Of a stretch of 64,000 bases of DNA, positions 21,442 through 32,034 are shown piece after piece. The notes under the pieces are model-generated. The model saw only the letters and a list, made by a program, of their open reading frames with translations, made no database searches and was not told where the DNA came from. Both the position numbers and the translations under genes were made by a program. The stretch's first letter is position 1; each line of letters starts with the position of its first letter. This stretch comes from Gloeobacterales cyanobacterium. Its GTDB lineage: Bacteria > Cyanobacteriota > Cyanobacteriia > Gloeobacterales > PMM-0068. The DNA is taken from NCBI GenBank assembly GCA_038245785.1, contig JBBRSB010000004.1:111961-175960 (forward strand), in the 5' to 3' direction.

Positions 21442-21467
21442 AGGGTGGTCTTCGGCCACCCTTTTTT
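21442..21467 (+). terminator. intrinsic terminator after glpX
   Basis: AGGGTGGT-CTTCG-GCCACCCT followed by a T run. Confidence 0.88.
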
Positions 21468-22749
21468 AAGGCCTATTTCTGGCTTCTAAAGATTCTCGCG
21501 TATCTCTAGAGATGGCACTCAAGCGCACAATCTCTCCATCTTTTAGCGGTTTGTCACTGTGCATTACAAAAGATTCCCCCGCACTCAAGCCGGAGACGAT
21601 TTCTACCTGACCGTTAGATTGATTCCCCAGCCGGACCGGCCGTGTTATCACTTTTGACTGTTCTCCTTGCTGTTGCACAACGAATAAAGACAAGTCCTTA
21701 TTGGCTACTCTCTGGAGCGCTGTTTCGGGGACTACAATCCGTTGGGTAGTCTCTTGCATAAAACGGACCCGTGCCAATAACCCATTACCAATGCGTCTTC
21801 CTGGATTATCGAGGGTTACTTCTATCGGTACAAGCCGGACCGTAGGATCTGCCGTCGCAGAAACACGACTGACTTTTCCGACAAATTCCTGTTGTGCCAG
21901 TACATCTAGAATGACCTGAACCGTCTGCCCTACTCGGACTTTGGGCACTTCCAATTCGGAGACCTGGGTTTTAACGGTTACCTGGCGAAAGTCTCCCAGT
22001 TTTAAAATTTCATCTCCGGTGCGCACAACTCTGCCTGTTTCTACTACTTGCTTGAGGACCACTCCTGTAATTGGGGAAGTGACCGAGGCAAAAGATTGCT
22101 GGGCAATAGCTCGTTTCACCCCTTCCTGTTGCGCTTTTATCCGGCTATTGGCGGCCACAACGGCTTCTTGTTCCAGCTTTACTTGAGATTGCGCTGAACG
22201 TAGCGCCAGTTCTGCGGCGGCTGACCGTGAACGGGCAGCATTGGCTAGCCTTGCGGAGATTGCCCCCTCCCGATAAAGCTTAGCGAGACGGATACTGTCG
22301 ACTCCGTCTTGTTGGAGGGCATTCTGGGCTTGTTCAATCTGAATACGGGCATTTTCTACTTCATTTTCAGCTCTAGACCGCTCTGATTCTCGGGCGGCCA
22401 GCTCTGCCTTGGCTTGGCTTACCGCACTGGCTAGCGAAGCTCCATCGAGTTGGGCAAGGGACTGACCTTGCTTGACCCGGTCGCCCACTTTGACATTGAG
22501 TCGTAGTAGCTGTCCGTCGGCCCGAGCGCGTAGAGGAACCTCCTCCGCAGGGCCTGTAGAACCGATATACTCCAGTTCCTCGTGTAGCGATTGCGGGCGA
22601 GCAATCGCTACATCGACCAAGGTGGCATCCTGGCTTTGAGCACGTTCTCCCTGCTGCAGGCCGCAGGCTGAAAGGATGACCAACAATCCAGCCAAAACAA
22701 GTCTGCGGCTTGTTGCCCGATACAGACGAAATTTGGGAACAGTGGTCAT
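21466..22749 (-). CDS. RND-type periplasmic adaptor (MFP) lipoprotein; no transporter gene alongside
   Basis: Lipobox LSAC, lipoyl halves (VKVGDRVKQGQ, SPITGVV), coiled coil. Confidence 0.9.
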   Translation of the reverse strand: MTTVPKFRLYRATSRRLVLAGLLVILSACGLQQGERAQSQDATLVDVAIARPQSLHEELEYIGSTGPAEEVPLRARADGQLLRLNVKVGDRVKQGQSLAQLDGASLASAVSQAKAELAARESERSRAENEVENARIQIEQAQNALQQDGVDSIRLAKLYREGAISARLANAARSRSAAAELALRSAQSQVKLEQEAVVAANSRIKAQQEGVKRAIAQQSFASVTSPITGVVLKQVVETGRVVRTGDEILKLGDFRQVTVKTQVSELEVPKVRVGQTVQVILDVLAQQEFVGKVSRVSATADPTVRLVPIEVTLDNPGRRIGNGLLARVRFMQETTQRIVVPETALQRVANKDLSLFVVQQQGEQSKVITRPVRLGNQSNGQVEIVSGLSAGESFVMHSDKPLKDGEIVRLSAISRDTRESLEARNRP

Positions 22750-22799
22750 AGGTTTACTCCAGGGCACTCCAAGCGAATATCTACACCCTAACGTGCCTA

Positions 22800-23258
22800 C
22801 TACGCTTGGACAATTTTGACAGAGAGAATTTTATCTCCTTGCTTGATAGCATTCACAACCGTCATATCCTCAGGGTCTACGACTTCACCAAAGACCGTAT
22901 GGACGCCATCCAGATGGGGCTGGGGACTATGGGTAATGAAAAACTGGGAACCTCCGGTATCGCGGCCAGCGTGAGCCATACTCAGGGTGCCTATTCCATG
23001 CTTATGCGGATTGCCTTTGGTTTCACACTTGATTGTATATCCGGGGCCACCGGTTCCTGGCTGTCCCTTTGCGCCCTCACGGGTATTAGGACATCCTCCC
23101 TGGACCATAAAGTTAGAAATAACCCGATGGAAGCCCAGGCCATCATAGAATCCTTCCTGAGCCAGTTTTTCGAAATTAGCTACGGCGATAGGGGCGTCAG
23201 CCTCAAAAAGCTGGAGATTAATGGTTCCTTTGTTGGTTTCCATAACGGCTTTTTTCAT
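22800..23258 (-). CDS. cyclophilin-type peptidyl-prolyl isomerase
   Basis: [35 protein letters not shown]. Confidence 0.97.
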   Translation of the reverse strand: MKKAVMETNKGTINLQLFEADAPIAVANFEKLAQEGFYDGLGFHRVISNFMVQGGCPNTREGAKGQPGTGGPGYTIKCETKGNPHKHGIGTLSMAHAGRDTGGSQFFITHSPQPHLDGVHTVFGEVVDPEDMTVVNAIKQGDKILSVKIVQA

Positions 23259-23548
23259 GAAGTTATCTTTCCTCTGCGTTGTTTATGGTTGTCCTCACCT
23301 GCTTTAGATGAGCGTACAAATCCAGCCTAATTTTAAGGGGGGATGGACCCCTTCGGACAAGAGTTACTGGGTTTCTCCATATACGGCATGTTGTACAGGA
23401 ACGTTGGTTGATATCATGCTAAGGATAAAATTTCGTACCTCATGGGATATATTTTTCACCTCGAATAGAGCATTAGACAGAAATTTTCAAATCATGCTGG
23501 CTATACTTTTCACAGCAGCAGCACTTAGGGAGTGGAACAACTAACGGC

Positions 23549-24901
23549 ATGGCAGAAGCAACTAAACAAGCTCAGGAAAGCGGCTTTAAGCTACTAGACA
23601 TGACGGGCTATCAATGGACGGTTCTGTTCGCTGCCTGGCTGGGCTGGGGCTTTGATATTTTTGATGGCATTCTCTTCAACTATGTCGCCCCCAACTGCGT
23701 ACCCACCCTCTTGGGGCTGACCATTGGTTCCCCGGAAGCAAAATCAGCCACCTTATTCTGGACGGGACTGCTCACCTCCATTCTTTTACTCGGTTGGGCG
23801 GTAGGAGGGGTGTTATTTGGAAAACTGGCAGACCGCATTGGGCGGACCAAGACGCTCCTTTTTACGATGCTTCTCTATGCCCTAGGAACGGCGAGCTGCG
23901 CCTTTGCGCCTAATATCTGGGTGTTGATGCTGTGCCGAGCGGTTGCCAGTCTCGGTATTGGCGGGGAGTGGGCTGCCGGAGCTGCGATGGTGGCGGAGGT
24001 AGTCCCTGAAAAAAGACGGGTTGAAGCGGGAGCCCTGCTTTATACCTCTGCTCCTTTTGGCCTCTTTCTAGCCACTTTTGTAAATTTCCAGGTAGCGGGT
24101 GTCTTTTTTAAGAGTAGTCCTGAAGTTTCCTGGCGTTATGTATTTCTCTTTGGCCTCTTACCGGCGGCAATTGCTTTCTTAGTACGTCTCTTTGTTAAAG
24201 AACCAGAACGCTGGAAGGAATCTGTCGCTGATACGGTTCCGCCAACGATTCGCGAATTGTTCAGTCCTCAGAATTTACCTTTAACTTTGAGTGGCTTTCT
24301 GATGGCAGTCACCGCATTATTGACGTGGTGGAGCTGTAACGCCTTTATCCCTGTGATTTCGACGGGGCTCGCTCAAGCGACAGCAAAAACTCAGGGACTG
24401 GATAGAGCGGCAACCTTAGCACTTTCGGAAGGTTGGAAAAGCCTGGCTACCAACAGTTTTAATCTGGGCGGTCTACTGGGTACTTTTTTAACCATTCCTG
24501 CCGCTAAATATCTAGGGCGCAAACCGATGTTCGCTGTCTACTTCTTACTTTCAGGGGTGGCACTGCTCGCGACTTTTGGATTGGACTTACCGCCTCAGAC
24601 CAGACTCTATATGTATTTTCCGATTGGCCTAACGGTATTCGGAGTTTTTGGTAGTTTTACCTATTATCTGCCAGAGCTTTTCCCCACACGTTTACGCGCA
24701 ACGGGAGCAGGATTTTGCTATAACATTGGTCGCGTTTTCGCAGCAGCAGGCCCTTTCTTGGTGGGGGCGATTGCCTCTCAGGGTGCCAACGGACTACAGA
24801 GTGCTTTAGGGCTTCTATTTTGGGTAGGATTTGTACCTTTAGCGGGTTTGCTATTCCTGCCCTGGGTGATTGAGACCAAGAATCAGGTTTTAGTAGACTA
24901 G
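23549..24901 (+). CDS. MFS transporter
   Basis: G.LADRIGR motif A, LGIGGEW, PELFPTRLRATG. Confidence 0.93.
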   Translation: MAEATKQAQESGFKLLDMTGYQWTVLFAAWLGWGFDIFDGILFNYVAPNCVPTLLGLTIGSPEAKSATLFWTGLLTSILLLGWAVGGVLFGKLADRIGRTKTLLFTMLLYALGTASCAFAPNIWVLMLCRAVASLGIGGEWAAGAAMVAEVVPEKRRVEAGALLYTSAPFGLFLATFVNFQVAGVFFKSSPEVSWRYVFLFGLLPAAIAFLVRLFVKEPERWKESVADTVPPTIRELFSPQNLPLTLSGFLMAVTALLTWWSCNAFIPVISTGLAQATAKTQGLDRAATLALSEGWKSLATNSFNLGGLLGTFLTIPAAKYLGRKPMFAVYFLLSGVALLATFGLDLPPQTRLYMYFPIGLTVFGVFGSFTYYLPELFPTRLRATGAGFCYNIGRVFAAAGPFLVGAIASQGANGLQSALGLLFWVGFVPLAGLLFLPWVIETKNQVLVD

Positions 24902-24906
24902 GAAAT

Positions 24907-25269
24907 ATGAACGTTCTATTCCAAAGACCCATCCAAGAAATAGGATTTATTGAAAATTTAATCCTGGCGGCCCAGAAAGAAGACCGCTCTTCTCTTGAAA
25001 CTATTTTCGTAGCCTTCAAAAACTTGGAGTCCCGTCTAGACACTGTGATGGCTACTGAATTTGAGGGGAGACTTTTGAGCTATCAGGTAGAAATTTCTAG
25101 ATTGTGGCAATTGCTCAAGCTGCAACAACAATTTCTCAGAGCAGCCCGCTCTACAGATGCCCGCAATCAGTGCTTTGCTACCATGCAGAACCATCTAAAA
25201 AAGATGAAGTCTTTCTGTGAGGCTTCTGAGTTACTGTTGGAGCAAACTGCTATGAATCAGTATGACTAA
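24907..25269 (+). CDS. PatD-family helical protein
   Basis: SYQVEISR..QLL....QFLRAAR resembles the PatD core. Confidence 0.6.
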   Translation: MNVLFQRPIQEIGFIENLILAAQKEDRSSLETIFVAFKNLESRLDTVMATEFEGRLLSYQVEISRLWQLLKLQQQFLRAARSTDARNQCFATMQNHLKKMKSFCEASELLLEQTAMNQYD

Positions 25270-26152
25270 AACGCTCACCCTAAAGTGCTCTGCCAAAATC
25301 AATCTTTTTCTAGAGATTGTTGGCTCGCGCCCTGATGGATTTCATGAAGTAGTCATGCTCCTCCAAAGTATTGACTTAGCCGATACGCTCAACATCACAA
25401 CCCAGAGGGAAATAGCGATTGCTTGCGACCATGCCCAAGTCCCAACTAACGAAGAAAATATTGCCTATAAAGCAGTCCAAGTCATGCAAAAAGCACTGGG
25501 TCGTAAAGACGGTGCCTTGATCGAGATTGAGAAAAAGATTCCGGTGGCGGCTGGTTTAGCTGGAGGCTCTGCCAATGCGGCAGCGGTCATGGTTGGTCTG
25601 AATCTTCTATGGGATGGAGGATTGACCGTACGCGATCTGGAAAAGCTTGCTCAATCCCTGGGTTCGGATGTGCCCTTTTGCATTGATGGGGGCACAGCCT
25701 TAGCGGTAGGCCGAGGAGAAATTCTTTCGCCTTTATTGATGTGGAAAGGAATTCCTTTAGTGCTGGCCAAACCCCGAAACTTGGGAATCTCGACCGCTTG
25801 GGTCTATAAGACCTATCGGGAGCAGTATGCGAAAGATAAGCCAGACCATACTGCTAACCTTCCTATTTTGCTCTCTGGACTGGTTCATCACGACCTCTCA
25901 CGAGTGACCAAGCACCTCTATAACGATTTGGAACGGGTGGTTTTACCAGGCCATGCTGAAGTAGCCGATCTTAAGCAGCGCATGCTAGAAGCGGGAGCTT
26001 CTGGAGCGATGATGTCTGGTTCTGGACCGTCTGTTTTTGGGCTTTGTGAAAATAACAATCAAGCCCTTGCGGTTCTAGCCCAAATTAGCCAAGAAGACCA
26101 AGAACAGTTCCTTTGCCACACTTCTGATGCTGGTGTAGTGGTTTGTGCATAG
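25262..26152 (+). CDS. ispE: CDP-ME kinase
   Basis: AKINLFL, IPVAAGLAGGS, GSDVPF, MSGSGP. Confidence 0.98.
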   Translation: MTKTLTLKCSAKINLFLEIVGSRPDGFHEVVMLLQSIDLADTLNITTQREIAIACDHAQVPTNEENIAYKAVQVMQKALGRKDGALIEIEKKIPVAAGLAGGSANAAAVMVGLNLLWDGGLTVRDLEKLAQSLGSDVPFCIDGGTALAVGRGEILSPLLMWKGIPLVLAKPRNLGISTAWVYKTYREQYAKDKPDHTANLPILLSGLVHHDLSRVTKHLYNDLERVVLPGHAEVADLKQRMLEAGASGAMMSGSGPSVFGLCENNNQALAVLAQISQEDQEQFLCHTSDAGVVVCA

Positions 26153-26154
26153 GC

Positions 26155-27363
26155 CTAGCGGTCTAGTTTAATCGCCTGTTCTAAGGCTACTTTGGCCTTA
26201 GCCCGCTGGACATAGGGCTGTAGTTCTAGCAAGGATTGATCGGTGAGCAAGCTTAAATCTTCTAGGGTCATGCCGCGCATGAGCATTTCTAAACACCATG
26301 TTTGTTGGGCCTGCTCAATCTTTGGAGGCTGTCCTTCTGGGGTTAATAATCCACTGGTACAAGCTTGCCAAGACAAGTATATTTCTTCTTCAGATATAGG
26401 CTGTTTTGCATCATTGATAAACATGGCAGGCTGGTCATCCTTGCGACTTTTCAACCACTGGGTTAAGGGATTATTGTTATAGGAACCATAGCGCTTTCCC
26501 AAAATCCTTTGATTGACGGGGACTTGCCGTTTAACTCCTACAGTTTGGTTAAGTTGCAGGAGATGTTGATCGCTGTCACAGATTTGATGGGACCGTTCTA
26601 AAGTAACTATTTCTTTAGCATCGATCCCTGCTCCAAAGAGGAGATAGACCAAGGCATAATCCCTATCACTGGACTTTTTGGCTCGTTGCAAAATACCGTG
26701 TACCATGCTAATCGGTAAATCTTTTACTTCTTCCAGAAGATGAATTTCTGCTGAAGATGCTGGTGCAATAGCCCCACGCATAAATAAAGTGGCCAAACTC
26801 TCCAGAAAGTCATTTTGGTCATCCCAAAGCTCATAGAAATCACTGGTGAATTTAATCACGGCATAACCCAGGAGCGTGCTGTTGAGCAAGCTAGCTATTT
26901 TTGGTGCAGGCAAGTACGCTGTTAATTTGCCTTGTTGAACGGCTAGTTCTAAATACTGGGCTATATACTGGTTGGCCTGAATAAATCCTCGTCCCAAAGC
27001 TTGACGGTTTTCTGCAGGATATTGACCGGATTCACCGACAACTGAACGAATCAATTCTGGAATTTGTTCTACGGCCTGTAGTTGGTCATGAGCATAGTCT
27101 TTGAGTGCCTGATGGATATCATCGGTTTGAGCTATTTGCTGGGCTAGGGAACGGCCTACTTGCGCAAAGACTTCAGACTCTTCAATAACGGCTAAGAGCA
27201 ATCCGTGTTTGTTTCCAAAATGACGGAACAAGGTCACTTCATTCACCTCCGCTCGTTCCGCAATCTGCCGCGTTGTGGTCTCAGTAACGCCCTGAGAAGC
27301 AAAAAGCTCTAGCGCTGCATTGAGCAAGCGTTGGCGGGTAGATAAAGTGCGAGGAGATGTCAT
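26155..27363 (-). CDS. TetR regulator with C-terminal degenerate tyrosine-recombinase-like domain (possibly PfsR-like)
   Basis: TTRQIAERAEVNEVTLFRHFGNK HTH; C-terminal RDYALVYLLFGAG...TWCLEMLMRG...QPY. Confidence 0.85.
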   Translation of the reverse strand: MTSPRTLSTRQRLLNAALELFASQGVTETTTRQIAERAEVNEVTLFRHFGNKHGLLLAVIEESEVFAQVGRSLAQQIAQTDDIHQALKDYAHDQLQAVEQIPELIRSVVGESGQYPAENRQALGRGFIQANQYIAQYLELAVQQGKLTAYLPAPKIASLLNSTLLGYAVIKFTSDFYELWDDQNDFLESLATLFMRGAIAPASSAEIHLLEEVKDLPISMVHGILQRAKKSSDRDYALVYLLFGAGIDAKEIVTLERSHQICDSDQHLLQLNQTVGVKRQVPVNQRILGKRYGSYNNNPLTQWLKSRKDDQPAMFINDAKQPISEEEIYLSWQACTSGLLTPEGQPPKIEQAQQTWCLEMLMRGMTLEDLSLLTDQSLLELQPYVQRAKAKVALEQAIKLDR

Positions 27364-27422
27364 GAGATGACGGTTAATTGTCTCTCGTAGCGTACACCAG
27401 ATCTCCCCGTACCCAAAAACGG

Positions 27423-27443
27423 AATGCAAGTAACGCTTGCATT
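27423..27443. promoter_or_regulatory. putative TetR operator 1
   Basis: AATGCAAG-N5-CTTGCATT perfect inverted repeat. Confidence 0.8.
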
Positions 27444-27471
27444 TAAATTAAATACTTGTTAGGCTTAGGAA

Positions 27472-27490
27472 ATGTAAGCGGCACTTGCAT
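27472..27490. promoter_or_regulatory. putative TetR operator 2
   Basis: ATGTAAG-N5-CTTGCAT, second copy of the same motif. Confidence 0.75.
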
Positions 27491-27555
27491 CTACTGCAGC
27501 CCAGGACATCTGGGAGATATAGCCACTGACTACTTGCCCAGAAAAGGAAACCTTT

Positions 27556-28413
27556 ATGACCTCTAGCGCAACTGTAATAGCTGACCCCAAGGTTGAACAG
27601 CCGTTAAAGCTGGACTGGACCAATGTCATTTTCTTTGGCAGCATTCACGCTGTAGCATTGCTCACTCCCTGGTTTTTCTCTTGGTCGGCTTTAGCCGTTA
27701 CTGTTTTTCTTCATTGGTTATTTGGCGGCATCGGTATTTGCTTGGGCTATCACCGAATGCTCAGTCATCGCAGCTTTCAAGTTCCAAAGCCACTGGAATA
27801 CTTCATTGCTATTTTGGGAGCCTTGGCTCTGCAGGGTGGCCCTATCTTCTGGGTAGGTGGACATCGTCAGCATCACGCTTTTACCGAAGATGAAGATAAA
27901 GACCCCTATTCTGCTAAGCGTGGTTTTTGGTGGAGTCATATGGGTTGGATCTTCTATCCTCGCTCTGCCTTCTTTTACGCTTCGTCCTACAGAAAATATG
28001 CTCCAGACCTGGCCCGTGACCCTTTCTATCAATGGCTAGACCGCTATTTTCTGCTGCTTCAACTTCCCCTTGGCATCTTCCTCTATCTAGTAGGTGGTTG
28101 GTCTTGGGTGATATGCGGCATGTTCCTCCGGGCTGTTGTGCTCTGGCACACCACTTGGTTGATTAACTCTGCTAGCCATATGACAGGCTATCGCTCCCAT
28201 GGAACAGAGGACAATTCTCGCAATCTCTGGTGGGCGGCACTCCTTACCTATGGCGAAGGCTGGCACAACAATCACCATGCCTATCCCCATGTAGCGAAGG
28301 CTGGCTGGCAGTGGTGGGAAGTGGATATGACCTGGTGGGCCATTCAAGCCCTGAGTACTTTAGGGTTAGCGAAAAAAGTGGTAATGCCACCTGATTTAGA
28401 TAAAGCGAGCTAA
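27556..28413 (+). CDS. delta-9-type membrane fatty acid desaturase (DesC-like)
   Basis: His boxes HRMLSH, HRQHH, HNNHH. Confidence 0.93.
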   Translation: MTSSATVIADPKVEQPLKLDWTNVIFFGSIHAVALLTPWFFSWSALAVTVFLHWLFGGIGICLGYHRMLSHRSFQVPKPLEYFIAILGALALQGGPIFWVGGHRQHHAFTEDEDKDPYSAKRGFWWSHMGWIFYPRSAFFYASSYRKYAPDLARDPFYQWLDRYFLLLQLPLGIFLYLVGGWSWVICGMFLRAVVLWHTTWLINSASHMTGYRSHGTEDNSRNLWWAALLTYGEGWHNNHHAYPHVAKAGWQWWEVDMTWWAIQALSTLGLAKKVVMPPDLDKAS

Positions 28414-28426
28414 TAATTTATTTTCT

Positions 28427-28465
28427 AAGTCAGGAGCTTGGATATTTCCAGCTCCTGATTTTTTT
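28427..28465 (+). terminator. intrinsic terminator after the desaturase
   Basis: TCAGGAGCT..GGA-TATT-TCC-AGCTCCTGA followed by T7. Confidence 0.88.
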
Positions 28466-28593
28466 GAGTTTTACAGAACTCATGCCGATATCGCAGCTCA
28501 ATATGGCTTTGAAATTGTCCTCAAACCGTTGCCAAATTCAGATTGTTGAGAATGGTGTAAGGTATCAGTTAACTAAAACTAGTCCTGAATATG

Positions 28594-29037
28594 CTAACTA
28601 TGACCTGGATCAATCCCTACAATTCCTTCATTTGAGTACCGAGAAAAATCACGAGTATTTAGCGTCAAAATATGAGTTACCTTGTTTGTTTTCATAGTAG
28701 CTACAAGACGAGCATCGTGGACTTGGACTCCCGAGACGCTATAGGTAAAGACTAAGCGCCGCCACTCAGCGTAAACTGCGGGTGTGTCAAGCAACAGCGG
28801 AAAAAGACGCTCAATTAGGTTAAGCAATCGTTCTGCCTTAGCAGGTGTTAGACCAAGTCCATTTCTCTCAACTGGACGCGTAGCTACATTCCATAGTTCA
28901 ACACAGTTCTGGAACGCGACTTTCAGGATGTGTCCTTCGCTCCGTAATCTTCGTATAGAACTTTGGATAGTAGGATATAGAGGATGCTTACGATCACTAA
29001 AACGCAATAGAACATTGGTGTCTGCAAGATAGAGCAC
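28594..29037 (-). CDS. VapC PIN toxin, apparently intact
   Basis: DTNVL, VELW, HDARLVA, LNTRDF acidic set present. Confidence 0.9.
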   Translation of the reverse strand: MLYLADTNVLLRFSDRKHPLYPTIQSSIRRLRSEGHILKVAFQNCVELWNVATRPVERNGLGLTPAKAERLLNLIERLFPLLLDTPAVYAEWRRLVFTYSVSGVQVHDARLVATMKTNKVTHILTLNTRDFSRYSNEGIVGIDPGHS

Positions 29038-29039
29038 AG

Positions 29040-29303
29040 CTAGGGATGTTCCTCGTAAATCCCTGCACGACTCACAGCATAGTCTGACAGCAAGGTAACA
29101 TTTGATCCAACTGCGTTTGTCAGTTCGTCAGCCAGTGTCTCAAATTCTTGATCACTGAGTTCCATCTCAAGATCACCTCTTTCTGATTGACCTTTCTGTG
29201 ATTCTTGCCAGGTAAGGAATTCAACAAAATCAGAAACCTCTCGCAGCTTTACTTTCGGCAAATGCTGGATCTTGCTTACAAGGCTTTCAAACGTAGATTC
29301 CAT
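29040..29303 (-). CDS. antitoxin, DUF2281-like
   Basis: LP..L.EV.DFVEFL; C-terminal LSDYAVSRAGIYEEHP; immediately upstream of vapC. Confidence 0.8.
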   Translation of the reverse strand: MESTFESLVSKIQHLPKVKLREVSDFVEFLTWQESQKGQSERGDLEMELSDQEFETLADELTNAVGSNVTLLSDYAVSRAGIYEEHP

Positions 29304-29531
29304 AGTCTTTCAGGGCTAGACTGACTGAGCTTTCTTCTATACTACAGACATTCTTCAACTTTCTCAAAAAATAGCTTAGCTGAACTGCTCACCTCTTGAA
29401 TATCGCTGTTCTCGTTCAAGGTAGACATGCTTCATTCAGCCAATCTCAATAGTGTTATCTCTCAGGCCAATCTTCTTGCATGAGGTTTTAGACAAAGACG
29501 TGAGATGACATAGAACAGAGAGTCTTTTATT

Positions 29532-30178
29532 CTAAAGAGCTTGCAAATAGTTCTCAAATGCTCTCAGAGCGATGCTAGATCCATCTTTCCAAGCACGTTC
29601 CACATATTCAGGGATGAGTTGTTTGATAGACAGGTCGGGGAGAATAGCAGACTATTCAGACTTTCTTGGTACTGTTGCCCGTCGAATAGGTAGATATAGA
29701 GATTTTGGTCTCGATAAATCCAGAGTTCAGGAACGCCAATTAGCTGATAATCTTCGGGTTTTGTTGTGGAAGTAAAGTCTATCTCAAGCGCTAAATCGGG
29801 AGGCGGATCAGTCTCTAAATCAATACGGGCTTTTCCAAGAATAGCCTCGCGATTTTGAATATAGAAACAGGCATCTGGTTCTACACTTTTCTGCTCGAAT
29901 CGTTTCAGAGTAATCGGGTCAAAGCTCTCCCAATCTTTTCCTTGATAGCGCAAGAGAATTTTCACCAAATCAGAAAGGGTATCTGACTTTTTGCCACGTC
30001 CAGGCAGAGGGGCCATGATCCGAATCTCTTGAGTTTTGGCATCGAAATAGATCTTGATAGCGGCCCTGTCCTGGCGACTTTCTAAAAGTTCTTCAAAAGC
30101 TGCCTATGTTTGATGGCGCAAGATTACCTCTCCACCGGGCGGTAAATCAACACTGTTTTTAGTAATTGTTAAATACAT
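29532..30178 (-). pseudogene. Uma2/DUF820 pseudogene
   Basis: In-frame TAG at 30104-30106 and a +2 frameshift near 29640; EPDACFYI, PPPDLALEID, GVPELW. Confidence 0.88.
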
Positions 30179-30231
30179 GGAGCCCCTTAGAGGAATCTAT
30201 GCTGTTAGTATAGGCAAACTGCAGAGTACGC

Positions 30232-32034
30232 CTAATCAATTTTCAAATCGTAGGGCATCCGAGCATAAACGCCCATCGGGTCATTCATCGCCTTCACTGC
30301 GTTTAGTTCTTTCTGGAAGACCTGAACTTGGGCGGTCAAAGGATCGAGCTTGAGCTTAGTCTCTGCCTCTTTCTGAGGAGGATTGAACTTCTCAATCAGC
30401 CAGGTTTCAAAACTTTCAGCACGAGGATAGTCTTCTACGCGCCAATTATCACCGAGCTTGGCTCGCTTGGCTGCTTCCTGAATGGCATCTTCTATGCCTC
30501 CCAATTCGTCCACTAGACCTATCTGCTTTGCTCTCATGCCAGACCAGACTCTGCCTTGGGCTATATTCTGTACGGAAGGCTTAGGAAGCTTGCGGCCTTC
30601 CGATACTTTCGTAAGGAAGGCATTATAAATTCGGTCTACAGAGGTTTGAATGACCGCTAGCTCCTGAGGCGTCTTCGGTCGCGAAACTGTCTGGCTATCG
30701 GCATAGGGAGAGGTTTTCGCCGTGTCCCAGGTAATCCCATTATTGTTGGCTAGTTTTTGAATATTGAAGAGTTGACCAAAAACGCCAATTGAGCCTGTAA
30801 TCGTATTCGGTTGGGCAAAGATTTTATCGGCATAGGCTGAGATCCAATAGCCACCGGAAGCCGCTACACTGCCCATGGAAACTACTACTGGTTTCACCTT
30901 GCGGGTGAGGACCAACTCGCGCTGGATTACTTCCGAAGCATTTGCACTGCCCCCTGGACTATTTACTCGAAGAACTACCGCTTTGACATTGTCATCTAGA
31001 CGCAATTCCCGAATTTGCTGAGCAAAGGAATCACCGCCAATTTGACTATCGCTACCTTGACCATCGACGATTTCTCCTTCGGCATAGGCAACAGCAATCT
31101 GGTTTTCAGAACTACTGGTTGGGGTGAGCGTGGTTACGTAATTACGTAAACTAATTTGGCGAAAACTTGGATCTTTTTCTTTACTACCCGTTAGTTTTTT
31201 CAAGTCCTGAACGACTTCATCGGAGTAAGCGACCCGATCGATCAGCTTCAGGCTAAGAGCTTTGTCAGGCTCTAGGATTCCTTGAAGCGTAGGGTCACTG
31301 GCAATGGTTTGGAAATCTTTTGAAGTTAGTTTGCGGTCTTTGCTTACGCTGGTCAAATAGTAATCCCAGACGTCATTCAGTAGTTTTTGGGTGTCTTCTC
31401 GACTTTCTGGACTCATCTTCGTAAGCAGAAAAGGCTCAACTGCCGATTTGTATTTGCCTACCCGCGTGACCTGGACTCCGACCCCATATTTTTTGAGAGC
31501 ACCCGATAGAAACACCATCTCCGAGCGAAGCCCATTCATTTCCAAATGACCAAATGGATTGAGGATAACCTTATTGGCAACAGAACTCAGATAGTATTCT
31601 CGCTCTTGCCAATTCATGCCATAGGCATAGATAGGCTTACCAGCACTCCGAAACTTCTCTAACGCTCCACGGACTTCCTTCAACACCGCTGCACCTTGGG
31701 TTGTTGCCCCCATATCTCCCTTGAGATAGATACCAACAATCCGTTTATCTTTTGTTGCTTGTTCTAGAGATTGAAGGACCGTACGCAAAGAGATGCTATC
31801 GCTGCGCTCTCCTGACAAAGCTCCCTGGAGGAGCTGATTTGGCGAAGGAGTGGGATTGGCGTCCGTGATATTCGTGGAAAGATCGAGAATAAGTACAGAC
31901 TTATCTACGACCGTTGGCCCCGAGTCACCCGATCCAAGAGCAAAGAGGAGGACTACTAAGCCGATAACGCCCACACCAATGAAGAGCAAGAGCCCGACAA
32001 AGGTAGCCAAGGTATATTTTAAGAAGTCGCGCAT
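30232..32034 (-). CDS. sppA: signal peptide peptidase SppA, long form
   Basis: GKYKSAVEPF, RVNSPGGS, AASGGYW, TGSIGV, QGRVW. Confidence 0.96.
   Translation of the reverse strand: MRDFLKYTLATFVGLLLFIGVGVIGLVVLLFALGSGDSGPTVVDKSVLILDLSTNITDANPTPSPNQLLQGALSGERSDSISLRTVLQSLEQATKDKRIVGIYLKGDMGATTQGAAVLKEVRGALEKFRSAGKPIYAYGMNWQEREYYLSSVANKVILNPFGHLEMNGLRSEMVFLSGALKKYGVGVQVTRVGKYKSAVEPFLLTKMSPESREDTQKLLNDVWDYYLTSVSKDRKLTSKDFQTIASDPTLQGILEPDKALSLKLIDRVAYSDEVVQDLKKLTGSKEKDPSFRQISLRNYVTTLTPTSSSENQIAVAYAEGEIVDGQGSDSQIGGDSFAQQIRELRLDDNVKAVVLRVNSPGGSANASEVIQRELVLTRKVKPVVVSMGSVAASGGYWISAYADKIFAQPNTITGSIGVFGQLFNIQKLANNNGITWDTAKTSPYADSQTVSRPKTPQELAVIQTSVDRIYNAFLTKVSEGRKLPKPSVQNIAQGRVWSGMRAKQIGLVDELGGIEDAIQEAAKRAKLGDNWRVEDYPRAESFETWLIEKFNPPQKEAETKLKLDPLTAQVQVFQKELNAVKAMNDPMGVYARMPYDLKID

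Noticed and set aside
24907..25269. PatD-like, DevBCA-like and HetI-like genes as evidence of heterocysts
   Set aside because: All three families also occur in non-heterocystous cyanobacteria
26155..26730. Active integrase marking a genomic island
   Set aside because: The catalytic Arg and HxxR motif are missing, and no att-like repeats or tRNA are adjacent
28464..28697. 77-aa ORF after the desaturase terminator
   Set aside because: Starts within the terminator T run, overlaps vapC antisense and has no motif; at most a gene scrap
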